Shown here in pieces: positions 37,644 to 49,350 of a DNA stretch of 64,000 nt (positions are counted from its first letter, which is position 1; every line of letters starts with the position of its first letter). The notes under the pieces are model-generated. The model made no database searches, was not told where the DNA came from, and worked only from the letters and a program-made list of their open reading frames with translations. Position numbers and translations under genes: made by a program. This DNA is from Raillietiella orientalis (Eukaryota): NCBI GenBank assembly GCA_036172245.1, contig JAYWIR010000042.1, positions 124,001 through 188,000 on the forward strand, given 5' to 3'.

Positions 37644-40600
37644 CAGAAAAATCCATCGCCTCTTCACTTGGATGATAAGTAGAAATGAGACGCAAAGCCT
37701 CCTGATAGAAAGGAGGTAAGGACTCGCCAGCGAAGGCACAATTGGTGAATGCCCACACCGAAAGAGAACCAAAGGTGTTACATCTATGAGAGCCTTTGAA
37801 ATCAATTACAGCCTAATTAGAGTGGCGCTCTTAGTAGCCGTTGCACTCTCGAAACAGCGACAAGAAGGGAGCCATTTATCTTTGCAGAACGCCAATTTAG
37901 TGAATTCGGAAAGCTTCAACCCGTTGAGCTCAAGTGTGACTCTGGTTTTACCAGAGCAAATACCGAAGTGAATTTGGTTAGAAGCTCCGCAGAAGTTTCG
38001 GAGCTGCGCCGCATCGGAGGAGGGATTGCATCAGGTTGCGACCAGCGTCTCAATTTTACTCAAAAGACCTTGCAATCTAGAAACCAAAGTTTTGTGGACG
38101 GCGGTTCTCTTCAACGAAGAAGAGCTTTCCCGTCAGAGGAGGAAAGAAGAAGAAGAGAAGAAGAATTGCGAATGAGATTGGCACAAATATTCAAGCTTCT
38201 GACACCGCCATAAGGCGCAGTGAACTGTGCAACTTTTATATGCAGACCTCCTCCTCCGGGACGGAACTCATACTTTTGCCTTTCGGTTTCTGGAGCCAGA
38301 AAGTTTGCTACATTGAAAGAATCTTTTGCATTTTATTTTTTTTTTTGAAAAAACTCCAGAACATTCACTACGCTCTTCTTTCTTTTTGATAGTCCCCAGT
38401 TAGAAAAGGAGATTGTCTAAAAGTGTTGAATGTAGAGTAGTCCATTTACGATCCTTTCTTTCTCACTACTACTTATATCGACGGAACACAACTGTGTCTG
38501 CTCTTGCCACCACCTTCTTCCAAAGCACTCCGTATCTAAACCATCATTTCTCTGCTTCTTCTCTCTTCTCTGTCGTTTTTGTTTTTGTTTTTTGCAGATT
38601 TAAATGAAAGATTCATTTGCCTTGGTTTCTCCGCCTATTGGTCATTTTGCTAAATTAGCAGCGTCGGCAGTTGTCATGCGCTTCATTTCCGTCATCTGAG
38701 AAAAGTTAAACCACCCGAAATTCTGACTGTTAGCACCATCTTACTGTCCATGATAATTTCCCCTCCAAAAGCGGGATGATTGAATACTGCACATAATTCA
38801 AATTTCTGGAACTTCTGCAAATCCATAGACGCTACCCACGATTCAGGGTTACCAAAGCCTGTAAAGCTGCTCAGACCCTTTCATCATCTGAGACTTACTC
38901 GACTTTCTGAAACTTGCATCTGATCTTTTCCTGTACCGATACTTTCCTTTCCCCGTGTTGCCAACTTCAAGGCTCAGTTCCTGGAAACCTTTCCAAGCTG
39001 CTTTTCCCTTTAGGCGTCTTTTTCATCGGCGTTACTTGGAAACACTACGCTCATGTGCTTTCGCACATAGTGACGCGATAGAGGCACTTCTTAGACACTT
39101 CTTGCCCGTGGAAGGGTGTGGACTTGGCCTATGCATTTCGGCTCTCTTCTGTGTACACGCAGCACTTTTCAAATCGACTTGCACCTCCTCATCGTTTTCT
39201 GCTCTGCAACCGAAGCCTTCCTGAAATTTCAGTCCGAAGCATGATTCTAACTGATTTGTTGATGTCCTCACACATTTTTGAATCCACGTCCATCCCATTT
39301 CAGATCGGATGCACTCTGCAACTGCACCCTTGAGTCTCTCCATTGGCAGCAGGAGACCCCCGCAAAAACTTTGACTTGCAGAAACAGTTAACGGTTCAAA
39401 ACCATTCGAAGAAGTACAAAAACAAACGTGAGCATCCTGCTGGAATCCTTCGGAAGCTCGACATTCTTATTCAGGCAGTCGATTTATGAATCGCATGAAT
39501 AGACATAAGTGTTTATTAGATGCGAGTCGAAGGCGAACTTGAAGGAGCTTGCACCGATGAACGTGAATTTCCTCATTATTCCCGCGTTTCTCCCATCATT
39601 TGCAGAGCTGGAGATAAGGGCACGAAAAAAAAGAAAAAAAAAGGGGGGGAAGGGGGCAAGAACTGGATCAGAGAATGAGGAAACGAAAGCAGCGTTGTCC
39701 AATTCGACGGAGGAAACCCAGAAAATTCCTGCCAAGTCCTTCAAACGGGATCCGTCGCTCCCGCTGGGGCTGAGGGAAGAAAGCTTTTGACTGGAACCAC
39801 CTTGACTGAAATCTTTTGATAGATCGCGAGCTGGAGGCATATCTAGAAAGAACGGTTGCAGCAATCCGACCGAGATGAAAAAGCAGGAGAGTTGCAAGAA
39901 CAGAGCGGTTCGCGTCTGAGATACTCTTGGCTTCCAAGTGATGATCGTAAAAGGTCCATCTCAGAGAGAAAGGAGATAAAGCCGCGTACCATTATTTCAA
40001 AATTCCACATTGAACCAAGTGAAGAAAAAAGCCGAAGGACCACCGAAAAGGGGAAGAATCAGTGACCAAACGCCACGTACACTTAATGTAACTTTACCTA
40101 CGAGTAAAGTAAGCATTGTAAATATTGTGATGAGCACTGTATAGCATCGGATGAGGAATAAAACACTTCCGATGTAAGAGAACATCAGGGAAAAAGTGGG
40201 AGGGGGAGGGGGGCAGGGAACAGCTTTTCGATCTCAATGCACGCAGAAGGATGAGCCATGCATGGTCACATGGAACTTGTAGCCCCAAAACCTCATCAGA
40301 CTCATTTCGCAGTCTTCAAAATCAGCTTGCCTCCGCCATTCCCCTTTAAATTTCCACGGAGTAATCCGTTACAAGCACGCCTTCTGGCCACGAGTTTACT
40401 GGGAATTTATTTTCCTACAACTGGTTGCTGCGAAATACGAGTACACAGCAGTAGGTTGATTTAACTGACACGACCAGTTTTCCAGGAGAAGAGATGGTAA
40501 CGTGGAAATGATGCCTCGCTGAGGCAAAATTAGAATAAACCGGACCAAAACTGCAGGAAATCTCAAAGTGAATGAGGAAAATCCTCGAGCTGAACACTTC

Positions 40601-43489
40601 AGGCAAGTCACCTACTCCGTGATGTATCATCTCCAAACAGGGAATTGCATCGCATGCAGCAGCAGAAAGTACGAAAGGAAGGACTCTGAAGCAGGCTGCA
40701 CGTGAAAATAGCGAGAAGGAGGAAACGTCAGCGGAAGATGGGAGAGAAGTACCACTGCAGAGCGGGATGACCAGCTGCCCCAACGTGTGTTTGTCGGCAA
40801 AAGGTCGTGTGATTTTCAAAAAGCATGCCGATCGCACTCGGTTTTGCGCGGCATAACTTCAAGCGAGCACAGTGCCGAACGAGAATGGGAAAGGTTTAGC
40901 GATCCGATCTTCTCATGTTCAGATTCTAATACATCTCAACTTTGGATGTTTTTTTTTTTTTTTTTTTCCTGCTGCTGCTGCTGCTGTTATCTATGTCGTT
41001 CAAACCACCTTCTGCTTGCCAATGATCAGTAAAAGGCAATGTGTCGTGGGGTTTCGTTTATTCAGAGGAGCTCCATCCCACTTTCCGTCTGCACTGCGTA
41101 CTGCTCGCAAACAGATGTAATGTACAAGTACTTGTCATTCGCCTCGGCTCAAGTGCAGTCGCTAAAAACTCGCTAGGAAGGTGCAACGAGCACACCGATG
41201 TAATCAAAGAGAGTTGCTTGCTCGTCCTGCGGATGCTCGTGAATTCATACGTTCCCTTTCTGGAATTGGAGACGTGCGTCAGAAAATCTCGCCGCAGCTG
41301 GTCCCTTCTGAAGCGCGTCGTCGACCCTCTGTGCCCCAGGATCGGAACCTCCGTGCTTGGGGTGGGGGAGAGACCTGGATTCGCGAAAGGTGTCCCAGGG
41401 CAACGCCGCCGAAAAACCATCTGCGCGCTGATGCAGGCGACCGGCGCTTCCGTACTCCGGGGAAAGGGGCACCGCACTCCACCGTCTGGTTTGCTCGTTC
41501 CCGGAAACAGGAGGGCCGAATCGGAAAAACGAGCGGAAACCTCGAGAAACCGTCATCGTCATCGACAACGAAGCGAGGGAGATGAATATGCATTTCGCTG
41601 ACGGAGATTTGGAAACTTTCGGAACCCTTGGTCAGGCCTGCCGCAGACTATCGCAGCAGCGAAGGCAGGACGGAGTGGCACTTTGGAAGCAAACGCAAAA
41701 TGGACATCGGCCGCAATTGCGCACCATCCTCCTACATGGGAGATTCCCGCGAGAACGGACGAGCAACTTTCACGTGTACGTGTACAAACAAGGCGACGTT
41801 CTCCGTTTCAAGGACTTCCTGCGAAAGGCCATTCTCGCCGAGCGAAAGAATGCGAGGGAGTTCTGCAGCTGAATTGTCTTAGCGCGTCGGAAAAGAACCG
41901 CCGTGCAGCAGGAAAGGGAACTTTGCCTGAAAGGAACGGGGATTGAACGAAAAGAGCTCAAGGATTCTCCTCTCAAGGATTTCGGATTTTCTGAGATGGA
42001 AAGAAGAATAAGCCGATAAGTAGGAAAGAGAGATCGCATGAGCGGAAGCAATGAAGCGATCGCTCGGCTATTCTTCTCAAAAGATAGTGTCCCAAAGTAA
42101 ACGAGCTTATAGTTTTTAAAGACTTGTTACGGTCAAATGCCGAAAACGGGCACTCTGGAAATTTCAAGATCGCACGGCCCAAGCATTTCCCGTGCTGGTG
42201 TTGCGGTGTGTGCTGAACACTCCAAGCATCGAGGAAAACCTTCCCGAGCCTCCGAGCCTGATCCTACATCGGAATTCTTCAGCCCGGCTTGGAATTTCGA
42301 ATTCAAAAAGAAAAAGTACTTTTAAAATACGCGGCAAAAAAAAAAAAGAACGAATCGCAGCCCCCCCAGCAGTGCCTCGAAAAAAGAAACACACCAGATG
42401 TGAAGCTGTTCCAGGAAAAGAACACCGACATACCTTACCGATTAGGAGCCTTTCGAAGCTGAGTCTGCCGGAATGTTCACGCGGAGGAGACCGACCACGC
42501 AGCGTATCTTACACCTCTTGCTGGAAACGCACTCACCAGTGTTCCCGATTTTTTTTTTCCTTCAGGGATTGCGGATTGCGAAAGAAGCGGCGAAACCTGA
42601 ATTGCGCAGAACGAACGTCCGGTCGATCGTGACCAGCCCGAGCAGAGGTCAGCAAAGTCTGCCCGACGACTCTTGAACGCGTATTCCGCTTTCGTTGCCG
42701 CGATCCCCTGAAGGGAAAAAGCGGCCCTGTGGCCGACTCCAGCCACCAAACCGTCGTCCGCCAACCAAGCTAGGAGACCCCCCTTGGGTTTGAACCCGCC
42801 CAATGCGAAAACAGCTTCCAGAGAACCGAGCTGACCGCACGCAACCGTCCTCCGAGGACGCAACCCTCCCCCCCCCCCCCCCCTTGACCTCGCGTTTGAA
42901 ATCCGTTGCCCCGTTCTCGCTGCTCGCCAAACTGCTGCTGCCACTGCTGGGGTGCCGTGAGGCCCGCCGCGGCGAAACGGTCAAGCTGAGCTGACGTGTA
43001 ATAGGACGGCAGCAGTGCATTTAATTCACCGCGTAGCCCGAGGCACTAACATGCTGAACCCCTCTTGCTGTTGTCGTTCGGCTGCACACGGACTTTTTCT
43101 TCGAATGTGCCATACATGCTGCGTTAGCCTGACATGACCAAGATATTTAAATTTGGATAGGATGTTCCGTTTTATCAAAGTAATTGACTTTATGTTTGTT
43201 TCGATGAAAGCTCCGAAGCACAGGGAGTTGCGTGGTGTTGCCTTCGAGATGTGAAAACGTGTAGAAACAGTGTGCGTTGTCGTGAATCTCAGTTTGTTGT
43301 TGTTCTCGGTGAGGGTCGGACTTTCTGCAGATCTGATTTCGTAGTAACTGCTCGAACAAACAAATCGAAATTACTGTGCATCTCGCAGTTGCGTCTCACA
43401 GGCAGCTAAGTCTTAGCATCGGAGTGTCACTGTTTGCGACCGTAAAGATGGAATGAATTCTCTTTCCTTTTTTTTCTCTTTTTTCGAAA

Positions 43490-45261
43490 ATGAGATTCCT
43501 TCGAATTCAATTTAAATAGTAAATGCTAATCGGTTTAAGCAATGAAATTGTTTTTCAAATGTAGAGTGGGGATTGTACGAAAGACATACGTAGTGCACGA
43601 TGCTGGACAACGATCGGCATTGGCGTGACCGGAGGAATGTTTTTGCTTCTTGGCCTTTTGCTTGCCCTAATAGGTGTGCCATACATAGTGAATCAAAAGA
43701 TTGAAGAGGTACGAAAGATCAGGTGGCATACGTTGAGTAAAACTGTGTTTGCTTTTAAGCACGTGAAACTAGAGAATGGCTCAGAAGCCTTCGTTTTATG
43801 GGAAAATCCTCCAGCTGAGATTTTATTTAAAGTGTACTTTTTCAATGTGACCAATGCAAGAAGTGTTAGCTGGCTTGGTTCTAAGCCCCGGTTGGAAGAA
43901 GTAGGACCATTCGTTTATAGGTGTGTGCAAATGGTGATCTCTCACTGTTAAGTGTGACTGTACATAGCTGCTTTCCAGAGAAAAGATTAAGAGGATACCA
44001 GTGAGCATAGGCAGACATAATGGAAAGCACATCCATTATATACAGACACGACAGTACGTATTTGATGCCAAATTGTCAGCACCCTTAAGTGAAGATCATC
44101 AGATATGTACTGTGAATGTACCACTTCTGGTAGTTTCTCCTTTCGTAATCAGCAAGTTTCAGTATGTTTTAGGCCGCTGCAGACTCTTCCAAACAACTTC
44201 CCCAAGTATTCAAAATAATATTAGAGCTGATCTTCCAGAGATTTCATGAGCAACTATTTTTGGTGAAGCCAGTAAGACAGTTACTGTTTGAAGGATATTA
44301 TGAGCCAATGATTGCACTCCTTTCTCGTATTATGCAGCAAACTATGCTTCCCAATAATACTTTTGGTTACATGTACCTGGTAAGACAACATCAAAAGAAA
44401 CAAATTCAGAAAAAGCTTTTCAGAAAAATTCCTCTACCGATGGAGAATATAGCATTGACTCTGGAGTAGAAAATATCAGTAGTCTAGGCAAAGTCACCAG
44501 CTGGAATAATAAGGAATCATTAGACATATGGAATGACCAGTTTTGTAACATGCTCAATGGCACGGATGGCACTGTCTATGCTCCCTTTGTGCCGCAAGAT
44601 CAGAATCTCTATGTGTTCATCTCAGATGTGTGTCGATCACTGTATTTGAAGTGGGAGAAACCTGAATTTGTGAAAGGCATCCCGGGGCAACGTTATGTGC
44701 TACCAAAAACCATTTATGCCAATCCAGATACAAATCCAGATAACAAATGTTTTTGCACTCCGGAAAAAGGGCACTGCATTCTACCATCTGGTTTGCTTGA
44801 AGGCACACGATGTCAGCCAGGTGCACCATTATATTATTCCAATCCCCATTTCTACGAAGGAAACCCATCTTTATTGGAATCAGTGAATGGTCTGTCACCA
44901 TCACAGAGTGCCCATCAAACATTTGCTATTCTAGAACCTGTGAGTAAATGCAATCTAATGAATGATACTTAAGGCAGTACAGAGAATGGGTATTCCATTG
45001 AGAGTAGCTAAGAGAGTACAAATTAACATGCATTTGTGGCCAGTGAATGGCTTCACAAACTTCCGCCATGCACCAAGTGTCTATCTGCCTGTGCTCTGGA
45101 TGTCAGAGGAAGCAGAAATACCAGAAGACTTAATGCAACTGCTGAAAAGTAGACTCATAGATCCTCTGGCTTTGGCAGACATTGTCTGTTGGTCATTGGT
45201 AACAGTGGGAAGTCTAATTTTGTTGTTCTTTCCATTGTTTCTCCTGAGGTTCCGGACCTAA
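43490..45261 (+). CDS. CD36/scavenger receptor class B family protein (SR-B1/LIMP-2/croquemort-like), ~494 aa
   Basis: Exons 43490-43518 (tentative), 43567-43708, 43760-43920, 43979-44129, 44173-44379, 44424-44939, 44983-45261. Motifs KVYFFNVTN, KPRLEEVGPFVY, LLFEGY, CNMLNGTDG, DVCRSL, NKCFC, GAPLYYSNPHFY, KRVQIN. N- and C-terminal transmembrane segments. Confidence 0.95.
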
Positions 45262-45310
45262 TCTTAATCTTTTTACTCCCGTTTTCTGAACTGTGATATT
45301 TACCTTTTCT

Positions 45311-45316
45311 AATAAA
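45311..45316 (+). terminator. Polyadenylation signal of the first CD36-like gene
   Basis: AATAAA 50 bp after the stop codon. Confidence 0.6.
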
Positions 45317-45562
45317 AACTTACAATTAAAAGAAGCCGTTTTTATTTTTCCGATTAGTTGTGCACTAACTCAAGAGCTGCTCTGCAGAATAACAACGGGA
45401 ACACTACAGGAAGAGAAACTGCCCACTCAACAAACGTGTTTATGGGAACATAAAGGAACACAATAATCCTCAGGTCTCTGCTGTGTAAATCATGTATGGA
45501 TACAATAAGATCACTTACACCAACAAAAACAAAAGTTACCAAAACATCCTTGCATAGCACAT

Positions 45563-46352
45563 TTATTGGTATTCACTGTGAACCAATGCACCCATGTGCA
45601 TAACAAATTTGTTACAATTAAACGATGGTTCCCATATTTTGTAAGTAATGTGTCAACTTTGGTCTATCTGTCTGACCATGGAATATCCATTCCTTAGTAT
45701 TAAATCAAGGGAGCATTTTGTAGATCTTGTAGATTGGCTCACCTGATATCATTACGGTTTTTCAGGTGCAGAATCTTGGCCACAGAATGAGAAAAATAGA
45801 ACGCTGATCTCAAATGAAACAAATGCATAATACAGACAGATACATAAAACAAAACCAAGGATCCCAGAACGAAAGAAGGCTGCAGCTGATGTTGTTGAAC
45901 GCTTAGTTTGATTTTATAAATTCCATAATTTAGGTGAAGATCATTCTATTACCCTCATAGCTCCGAAAACTTAATGAACAAGCGATGATGGAAGAACATA
46001 TTGTTCCGATTTATGAGCGACCTCTTGCGATGCCAAAATTACGCAAAATGATCAGCAGCTAATTACAGATAAGTACACAGTAAATACAGATTGCAAAGTC
46101 CAACACATTCCCCTGCAATCTTGTACACGATCTTGTACAACAGTGTCAACAGATCATGACACTTGCTACTGCTTACCAGTCTGCAGACTAATCATGAAAC
46201 AGTAGGAAAGCCCTGTACCGTGAATCTTATGTATTTATGTCACAAAAACATACACCATGAAAATTTTGTGAAGTTTTCCGAAGCATTCTTCGCTAGCGGG
46301 AAGTTTTTTGCATGGTTCCGTGGAAAATAACCTCGTGAATCTCGCAGAATCC
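45563..46352 (-). pseudogene. Candidate multi-exon gene or pseudogene convergent with the first CD36-like gene
   Basis: Regularly spaced 41-51 bp GT-AG segments. Splicing them gives a frame of about 180 codons interrupted only by two TGA codons. No family recognised. Confidence 0.35.
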
Positions 46353-46381
46353 TTCTGCAAAATTGGGCAACCACAAAGCCC

Positions 46382-47170
46382 GCGTCGGAGGCTTTGTGGT
46401 TAAGGCTCCCGCGCGTGGCACCGGGCGCCGCGGGTACGAATACTCCGACAGAGACTGACGCCACTGCGTCGTTTGGGTTCCTCCTGCAAGATGGCGCTGG
46501 TAGGCCTAATCATTCGGGCGTGGCACCAGTGGTCGTTTAAGCCGGGGGCCCCCTATGAAGGCCGGAACAATGGGAAATTGACCTTCGGGTCTACCTAGGA
46601 ATGAAGGAGTGAGGAGTCCCCCCCCCCCTGTCGTGTAACGGAGAGCGGGTCCCCCCCTCACCGGGGGAACCATATGATTTCAAGATGGAGCAGGAGCCCT
46701 CACGGGCACTCTCCAGTTGTTCAAAGGAGCAGACCCCCCTGTTGCGGGGGAACCCTCCGAGTCGCCGCCTCTTCACAGAGTGCACAAGGAAGCGAGAGCG
46801 ATTCCCTGCGGGAAGCTGCAGCGCCCCTTCTGAATTTCGGAAGCGACCCTTCGGGTTCTCTTCAGAGGAGCGAACAGGGGATTACCCACCCCCCTTCCGG
46901 GGAGGTCCCTCAGGAGACCCTTCCGGACCCCCTTCTGGGTCCCCCTTCGGAGACAACCAGGGAGGGAGGTGCCATCCCCTCCCCAAGCGCGAGAGGAACG
47001 GACTCCGAGCCTTTCTGGATTCAAAGGGCGGACTCCCTTCCGGGCGTGCCCCCCCTATCTTGAAGATAACACGCACCCTCCGCGGGTGGCGTGGAACAGT
47101 GTTAAAGAGCCGCGTGCGCCGCGAGGCACGCGACCGGCTCTCGAGGTACTTCGCGTACCAAAAAAAAAAG
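46382..47170 (+). mobile_element. tRNA-headed structured SINE-like element, copy E (A-rich tail)
   Basis: TGTGGTTAAGGC D-loop-like and GGGTACGAAT T-loop-like segments, AAGATGGCGCTGGTAGGCCT core, GACCTTCGGGTC and other UUCG hairpins, A-rich end. Confidence 0.8.
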
Positions 47171-47998
47171 AAATAAAAAAAACCTGAAAAACCTGAAAAA
47201 AAAAACACCGCTGGAAGGGAGAAAACAGCGCAATATCAAGGAATACGTAACTATGGACGCAATTTTTATGATCATCGCAGAAGACCATTGTATTAAGTGT
47301 GTATTAGCTCCCCGATGCTTTCTTGACTGATGCATCAGGGTGTAGGTAGGGAGATGATTATCACCTACGATGTAGACTTCAGTTTTTCATGGAGGATAAC
47401 CAATAAGATCATACCACACCCTGTTCTAATCCGGTCCAAGTTTGGTATCCGTTGATTTTCAGCTATCTCCTGGTTAAGAGAAACTTTGGTAAATGGTGCT
47501 TTGCAACGAAAATCGTCCGAGTCGCGTTACTTTCCTGAGCATAACACGGGAGCAAAGACGCAGCTCTCCGAGAAACTCCTTGAATAACCCCAGCAACCTC
47601 ACTTTGGTAGATTACATACGTTCTGCTCATATAGGAATGAGCCTTATTACTAACTAATTGGCCTTACGATAAATAGATATAAGTTCTGTGAGGCTACTAC
47701 TAAATCATCAGGGAACAATTATCTAATTTAGAAAAAAAATTGCTGAAATACGGCAAAAAAAACAAATTGGTCTATTTCCGCATATTGGCATTTTAGCCAA
47801 AATGCCTAAATAAACCACCTTGTCATACATGAGAACTCTTATGCTATTTTTCTAAAATGCCTCGCTAAAATGCTAAAATGCCTCCTCTCTTTCCCATTTA
47901 ATTCAATCTCATCTTGTAACTGTCAGACGAATCTGGGCCCCACTTTGCTCTAATGGAATCATGACAAAATGTTGAAAAAAGGCAAGTTACAGTCGTTT

Positions 47999-48883
47999 CC
48001 CACCCGGGTGCTCCGGGGCGTTTATTTCTAAACTATCCGGGAACAGAGTTCCCGGACAAAGGACACAGAAGAAACGAAGGGGGGGATCCATGACACGCAG
48101 GTCCGTAAACCGAAAGTCCGGAACGGGAGGGGGGGGACCACAAATACACATATAAAAAAACATAAATAAAGATATCGGGAGGGGAGGGGACGGGGGTCCT
48201 TGGTTGCGGCCGTTCCTTTCTTTCAGAACCGGCGATGGATGCCGGACATCTCGTTCCTCGCGTGTTCCGGAAGATGGGTCCACTCGGCAGCCGACGCCAT
48301 GTTCACGCCGGCTATTCCGGTGGCCTGACGACGAATCGCCAGCTTCCCCAGCTCTCGGTGGGCCTTGTCGATGGCGCGGGTGCAACAGACCGTTGCGATG
48401 ACGGCACCTAAGGACAGGCCGACTGGCGTGAAGAAGCGGCGCATCAAGTCTCTCGCGGTGTCTCCCTGGTGCAGGAGAGCTGAGGCCAGCCTCCGCCACA
48501 GTCCTAGGAGGGCACCGCAGTCCAGGAGCAGGTGCGGGAGCGTTTCCACGTTCCCGCACCGCTTACCGTTCGGGGAGGCAACTCCCCCGGAAACACGGTT
48601 CGTCCGCTGGTTGGAGTGAAAACCCCAATGCACCAGCATGATGACGTCCTGTTTCCAGTTCAGAGGGAACACAGAAGTGTTCAAACAGGAGGGAGGGATC
48701 ACAAGTTCTTTGGGGGGCACACTTACATGTTCGCTCCACCGAAGAAGTCCCTTCGGGATGATGCGAGGCGAGGCGGCGTCTGCCAGCTCGCAGGTCCTCC
48801 AGCCGCCCATGGGTCGGGTTGCTCCTTCGACGGTGCAGGAGACCTCCCACCTCGCCGATAGGCAGCTGTCATCACTGTCATCA
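47999..48883 (-). mobile_element. 5'-truncated L1/Tx1-like LINE 3' end with diverged target-site duplication
   Basis: zf-RVT-like KRCGNVETLPHLLLDC..LW, a 3' UTR with AATAAA and a terminal hairpin. Flanks CAAGTTACAGTCGTTT (47983-47998) and CAGGTTATAGTTGTCT (48884-48899). Confidence 0.8.
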
Positions 48884-49169
48884 CAGGTTATAGTTGTCTT
48901 GTGACTTTGTTTCCCATCGTAGACTCGAGGGACTGTCATTCCCTATCGGTCTCTTCGAAACATCAGTGATTGGTAACTGCTGTGAATATGAATTTCTTAG
49001 AATTCTATTGAGCTGCATATTTGTGATAAATATTTGTTGCGATCATTATTAAATGCATAACTGATGGAAAATGCGGTTTTCAGCGATAATCGGAAGGTCG
49101 GTGGAAACAAATGGATTTGCATTTTTGATTTGCCTATAATCACTTGAACAACAAGACTCTTATCTGATC

Positions 49170-49350
49170 ATTTCCAAATTGATAATAATACATAATTATG
49201 TAGACACCTGTAGTTACGTAAGTATTCTACATTGAAGTATACTGCATTAGAAATCGGAAATCCTCGTTCAAATCGCTGAAACTTCTTCTTTAAGACATCG
49301 ATATTCACGTTGATTTGAGAATACGCTGAGAGTATTAACGGAATGAAGCA
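49170..49350 (-). mobile_element. Possible DNA-transposase C-terminal remnant (hAT-dimerisation-like)
   Basis: AYSQINVNIDV / RSFS / FNVEYLRNY across frames resembles Y.PITS.DVERSFS...F..ENL..Y. AAAATGCC repeats at 47800-47882 could be subterminal repeats. Confidence 0.3.

Noticed and set aside
41150..41870. piggyBac transposase remnant (LVLRMLVNSYV; RFKDFLRKAIL)
   Set aside because: Only loose resemblance; no catalytic motifs or TTAA-flanked termini identified.
46384..46450. Functional tRNA gene
   Set aside because: GTCGGAG/CTCCGAC could pair, but the T stem does not, the length is short, and it is the head of the repeat element.
9425..47170. All five SINE-like copies on the same strand as evidence of orientation selection
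   Set aside because: The chance is 1 in 16 for five copies; not significant.
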